Shown here: positions 59,787 through 64,000 of the stretch, piece after piece | Numbering within the stretch: position 1 is the first letter of the stretch | Layout: every line of letters begins with the position of its first letter | Assembly (NCBI GenBank): GCA_030680835.1 | Contig: JAUXUD010000033.1 | Span: forward strand, 19,572-83,571 | DNA from: Bacteroidota bacterium | Lineage (GTDB): Bacteria; Bacteroidota; Bacteroidia; UKL13-3 | Direction of reading: 5' to 3' | DNA length: 64,000 nucleotides | Notes under the pieces: model-generated | Database searches by the model: none | The model's input: the letters and a program-made list of their open reading frames with translations, nothing else | Told to the model about the DNA's origin: nothing | Program-made: the position numbers and the translations under genes

Positions 59787-61586
59787 TTTAACTGTATTAA
59801 AAAACGCCCACACCAATTTGGCTTTCGTTGTTCCAATAATTTCCCTCAATTCACTTTGTTTGGTTTCCCGTATTTTTTTTACCGATTTAAGTTCCTGCAA
59901 TAATAATTTGGCAGTTGAGGGGCCAATGCCTTTTATGTTTTCCAGTTCCGTTATCAGGGTGTTTTTGTTTCTTCTTTTGCGGTGGTGGGTAATTCCAAAA
60001 CGGTGGGCTTCATCGCGCAATTGCTGAATGATTTTAAGCGTCTCCGATTTCTTGTCGATATACAGGGGCAAATCATCTTCCGGGAAATACAATTCTTCGA
60101 GGCGTTTGGCAATGCCCAGGATGGGAATTTTGCCGTATATATTCAATTCTTTAAGGCTTTCAATGGCTGCACTCAACTGGCCTTTTCCCCCATCAATAAT
60201 TATGAGGTTGGGGAGGGGTTGTTTTTCTTCAAGTAAGCCTCTGTATCTCCTGAACACCACTTCGCGCATGGTGGCAAAATCATCCGGACCCACAACGGTA
60301 GTTGGAATAAAATGCCGGTAATCTTTTTTGCTGGGTTTGGCATCTTTAAAAACCACACAGGCCGAAACCGGGTTGGTTCCCTGTAAATTGCTGTTATCAA
60401 AACATTCAATATGCGCAGGCAATTCGGTTAATCGTAAATCGGTTTTCATTTGGTTCAAAATACGTTCTACTTTAAAATCGGGGTTCAGTTTTTCATACTG
60501 ACTCATTTTTTCTTTCTTATAGTACATCGCATTCTTCATGGAAAGGTCGAGCAATTTTTTCTTTTCACCTATTTTGGGTACGGTAATGGTAATATGTTCA
60601 TCCTGCCAGTCGAGTTCAAAAGGAACAATAATTTCTTTGGAGTTTGAACCGTATTTATCACGCACTTCGGCTATGGCAAGACTCAGCATTTCTTCATTGC
60701 TTTCATCAAGTTTCTTTTTAATTTCAAAAGTCTGGGTTTGAATAATGATTCCGTTTGAAACTTTGAGGTAATTGGCAAAGGCAAATTTTTCGTCACTCAC
60801 AATGCTGAAAATATCTATATCATGTTTGATATCGTTTACAATCGTTGAGCGGCTTTGATAATTTTCCAGTAATTCCAGTTTTCTTTTATATCGGGATGCT
60901 TCTTCAAATTTGAGTTCATCTGAAGCTTTTTTCATGAGCACTTTAAACCGGTTTTTAACTTCTGCAAGGTTGCCTTTTAAAATACTTTTTATTTCTTTTA
61001 CGTTTTGTACATAATCGGCTTCTGTTTGTAATGCAATACAAGGTGCCAGGCAATTCCCGATATCATACTCCAGGCAGGCTTTAAATTTATGGGACTTAAT
61101 ATTGGCTTCACTCAGGTTAAACGTGCAATTGCGTAAAGGGTAACTGGCTTTTATTAAATCTAAAATCGTATGCATCATATGGCCACTGGTATACGGACCA
61201 AAGTATTCGCTGCCATCTTTTACAGGTTGCCGCGTTGCAAAAATTCTTGGGAAGTGTTCATTTTTAATGCATAAGGAAGGGTATGTTTTATCATCTTTAA
61301 GACTGATATTAAACCGGGGCTGGTATTGTTTGATCAAGGAGTTTTCAAGTAGCAAGGCATCCATTTCCGTTTCAACCAATGTGTATTGAATATCACATAT
61401 TTTACCAACCATTACAGCCGTTTTGCGGTTTTCATGATGATTTTTTGTAAAGTAACTATTGACCCGTTTTTTTAAATTTTTTGCCTTGCCTATATAAATT
61501 AAATGTTGATCCGAATCATAATATTTATATATGCCCGGAGATTCGGGAAGTGAAGAAATAATACTTTTTAGATGAGACCTGTGCAT
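59784..61586 (-). CDS. uvrC: Excinuclease ABC subunit C
   Basis: GIY-YIG (PGIYKY...IYIGKAKNLKKRV), IECFDNS, IDGGKGQL, RDEAHRFGI, HhH. Confidence 0.97.
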   Translation of the reverse strand: MHRSHLKSIISSLPESPGIYKYYDSDQHLIYIGKAKNLKKRVNSYFTKNHHENRKTAVMVGKICDIQYTLVETEMDALLLENSLIKQYQPRFNISLKDDKTYPSLCIKNEHFPRIFATRQPVKDGSEYFGPYTSGHMMHTILDLIKASYPLRNCTFNLSEANIKSHKFKACLEYDIGNCLAPCIALQTEADYVQNVKEIKSILKGNLAEVKNRFKVLMKKASDELKFEEASRYKRKLELLENYQSRSTIVNDIKHDIDIFSIVSDEKFAFANYLKVSNGIIIQTQTFEIKKKLDESNEEMLSLAIAEVRDKYGSNSKEIIVPFELDWQDEHITITVPKIGEKKKLLDLSMKNAMYYKKEKMSQYEKLNPDFKVERILNQMKTDLRLTELPAHIECFDNSNLQGTNPVSACVVFKDAKPSKKDYRHFIPTTVVGPDDFATMREVVFRRYRGLLEEKQPLPNLIIIDGGKGQLSAAIESLKELNIYGKIPILGIAKRLEELYFPEDDLPLYIDKKSETLKIIQQLRDEAHRFGITHHRKRRNKNTLITELENIKGIGPSTAKLLLQELKSVKKIRETKQSELREIIGTTKAKLVWAFFNTVK

Positions 61587-61865
61587 GGGCAAACTTAACG
61601 GATATGCATATTATAATTTGAGTAAAATTAAACAAAGGTACGCTCGACTGAACTCATAAAAATAATTAATATAACATGAGAGGTAAAAATATAAAATAAA
61701 AAATAAAGCAACTTAAATAGAAATACAGCATTTAAAATCAATAAAATGGAACGAAAAGAGAATATTTTGATTTAATAAATGAGATTAAAATAAAAAAGTT
61801 TGTTAATATTTTAATTAAAATTAACTTGCTATTAAATAGGATTCGAATTTTAATCAAAAAAACAT

Positions 61866-64000
61866 ATGGAAAAAGCATCTACAAAAACAATGAGGATAAC
61901 CCGAAGCAGTATATTGCTGTTGTTGTTATTCTTTTCATTTTATGCACAGGCTCAGGTGAATATTGCACCTAACGCAACAGCTTCGGCAAGCACTTGTAAT
62001 ACGGGAGCGTGCAGTACTTTAAATGACTTAAATTTTGGTACTTGTGGAACCCAACAAATGTGGATTAGCACTGCAACTCCACCGAGTGGAGCCGAATGGT
62101 TGGAGTTTACATGGACTAGTCCTGTTACTACCAATAAAATTACGATACACCATGGTCAGACAACCGGTAGATTTTTAGCTGGTGGTATTATTCAAAGTTG
62201 GAATGGATCGGCATATGTTAACCAGTTTACATTTTCAGGATTGAGCCAGTCAAATTGTGTAAATGATGTTAATTTTCCTCCATTTACAAGTACCAAGTTA
62301 AGAATTACTGGATTTGTACCTGGACCAACTGGTCAGCAATCAAACATGAATTTCCGCGAAATTGAAGTGTGGCAAGCTGTGTTAGGAATAAATAATGCAG
62401 GTGTGGTTTCAATAGATTCCCCTTCGGTGTATTGTACTGCGGGTTTAAAAAATGTTTTTGCAACTATTAAAAATTTTGGAACTAACATTATTGATACAGT
62501 AAGTGTTGGCTGGTCGGTGAACGGCACTGCACAAACAAGCCTAACTTATTTAGGAATATTGGATACAGCAGGAGGAAGTGGTTCAAGTACTGCGCAGGTA
62601 AGTTTAGGCACGTATACTTTCCCTACTACTCCAGTTGCGTTAAAAGTATGGACTTATAATCCCAACAATTCAGCAGATACGATTAATAACAATGATACAG
62701 CATATGCAAGTAAGGCCCCATCAATGGGAGGTGTATTTACCATTGACCCTGCAGGCAGCGGAACTACGAATTTCACAACTTTTGCCGATGCCATTACTGC
62801 TTTAAATGCCAATGGTATTTGTGCTCCTGTAGTATTTAATGTGGCAGCAGGAACCTATACAGTAACCTCAGCAATTACAATAGGCAATATAGTTGGGGTA
62901 AATGCAACCAATACCATCACCTTTGAAGGTACCAATGCGGCCACAAGAATTATTACGGGAAGCATAGCAAACTCAGCTGTTATTGTTATGAACGGCAGTA
63001 AATATATTTACTGGCGAAACTTAACCGTTACCAATACAAACCCGGCCCCGGCAGGTATTGCCATGGTAGGTGCCGTAAGTAATATTAAAATTTTTAAATG
63101 TACAGTAAATATTCCGATTCAAAGCGGAACCAGCACCACCGGATATGGTATTATTGCTACAGGAACTGCAAATGGCTATGGCGTTTCAGGCATGAGTGGA
63201 GATTCGATAGTAATCGACAGCAATACCATTAATGGGGGAGGATATGCTCTGGTATGTTATGGTGTGCAAAATGCAAACGCAAACCGGGGAATTCAGATTC
63301 GGAATAACATTACCAATAACACCAATTATTTTGGAGCTTATATTGCCTATAATTTTAATCCACTGGATATTATTGGTAATACCTTTAATATGCAAGGACA
63401 GAATTATGGTTATTATGGTTTGTATTTTTATTACAATCAATCAAGCAACACCACTCAGGCACATCAAATAATAGGTAACAAAATTTTAAATTTCGGTGGT
63501 TATGGAATTTATCTGTATTACCCGATAAATAATGCATCTGCAACTCCTGTAAAAGTATATAATAATACAATAAGCAGTGGTACCAATTCCAGCTATACGG
63601 GGTATTATGGAATATACCTGTATCAGGCCAGTTCAACCTATCAGGCCGAAATTTATCATAACACCATTGTTATGAATGGTCCGACTACATCAACCACTTA
63701 TACCTGTTTTTACAATACAGGTTCCACAGTAACCCTCATCAAAAATAATGTTTTTGCAGTTACTGCAGGAACTGCAACTCCGTTATATCTGGCAACCAAT
63801 CCAACAGGTAATGTGGTTAATTATAATAATTATTATAAATATGTTACACCTGCAACAAGCAATTTGGTTTACAGAGGCGGTTTCTATAATCCTTCAACCT
63901 ATAAAACGGCCACTGCCGGAGGAGACTCGTCATTTAACGTTCTTCCTTCTTTCGTATCCATTTCACCGGTACCGGGGAATTATCATTTAACTGATGGTTG
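61866..64000 (+). CDS. Large secreted protein: discoidin-like, CARDB-like and parallel beta-helix regions (3' end off the window)
   Basis: Absent from the ORF track; read by hand. Signal peptide ...FYAQAQ; EWLEFTW...FREIEVW; IKNFG...WSVNG...NNND; FTTFADAITALNANGI...VAAGTY; repeated YGIY/NNTI. Confidence 0.82.
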   Translation, partial: MEKASTKTMRITRSSILLLLLFFSFYAQAQVNIAPNATASASTCNTGACSTLNDLNFGTCGTQQMWISTATPPSGAEWLEFTWTSPVTTNKITIHHGQTTGRFLAGGIIQSWNGSAYVNQFTFSGLSQSNCVNDVNFPPFTSTKLRITGFVPGPTGQQSNMNFREIEVWQAVLGINNAGVVSIDSPSVYCTAGLKNVFATIKNFGTNIIDTVSVGWSVNGTAQTSLTYLGILDTAGGSGSSTAQVSLGTYTFPTTPVALKVWTYNPNNSADTINNNDTAYASKAPSMGGVFTIDPAGSGTTNFTTFADAITALNANGICAPVVFNVAAGTYTVTSAITIGNIVGVNATNTITFEGTNAATRIITGSIANSAVIVMNGSKYIYWRNLTVTNTNPAPAGIAMVGAVSNIKIFKCTVNIPIQSGTSTTGYGIIATGTANGYGVSGMSGDSIVIDSNTINGGGYALVCYGVQNANANRGIQIRNNITNNTNYFGAYIAYNFNPLDIIGNTFNMQGQNYGYYGLYFYYNQSSNTTQAHQIIGNKILNFGGYGIYLYYPINNASATPVKVYNNTISSGTNSSYTGYYGIYLYQASSTYQAEIYHNTIVMNGPTTSTTYTCFYNTGSTVTLIKNNVFAVTAGTATPLYLATNPTGNVVNYNNYYKYVTPATSNLVYRGGFYNPSTYKTATAGGDSSFNVLPSFVSISPVPGNYHLTDG

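Noticed and set aside
59558-59903. Overlapping short ORFs on both strands sharing GDGFGEINF/KKINLPKTIA
   Set aside because: Artefacts of translating a palindrome.
61952-63990. Short ORFs at the right end
   Set aside because: Shadow frames of the long plus-strand gene starting at 61866.

Overview
AT-rich chromosomal window of a Bacteroidota bacterium, supported by a SusC/SusD pair, GldB, a T9SS C-terminal-domain protein, TAnnTTTG promoter boxes and the rpmB-rpmG-DUF4295-ftsY-rimO-bshC cluster. Most of it is housekeeping: icmF, an M3 oligoendopeptidase, bcp, lemA/TPM, ahpC, queA, mtgA, nadE, gcvP, prfC, pabB, uvrC, and a large secreted beta-helix protein running off the right end. I saw no rRNA, tRNA, CRISPR array, integrase or transposase. 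The accessory stretch at about 37.1-46.3 kb is the most interesting. It holds a HigBA module, then a run of short minus-strand genes separated by related AAC...GTT-bounded, attC-like repeats with no integrase in the window. One unit carries a Fic enzyme and an unannotated, convergently encoded 52-aa protein with the Fic-inhibitory motif SxxxEG; another encodes a small Rx4H (HEPN-like) protein. Next come a degenerate 21-bp-period array with no intact ORF and an internally duplicated helical protein of unknown function. Elsewhere there are a perfect 44-bp palindrome over the promoter of a solo ATPase-wHTH gene, several REP/MITE-like palindromes and mosaic heptamer arrays. All family assignments come from motif recognition by eye, not database searches.
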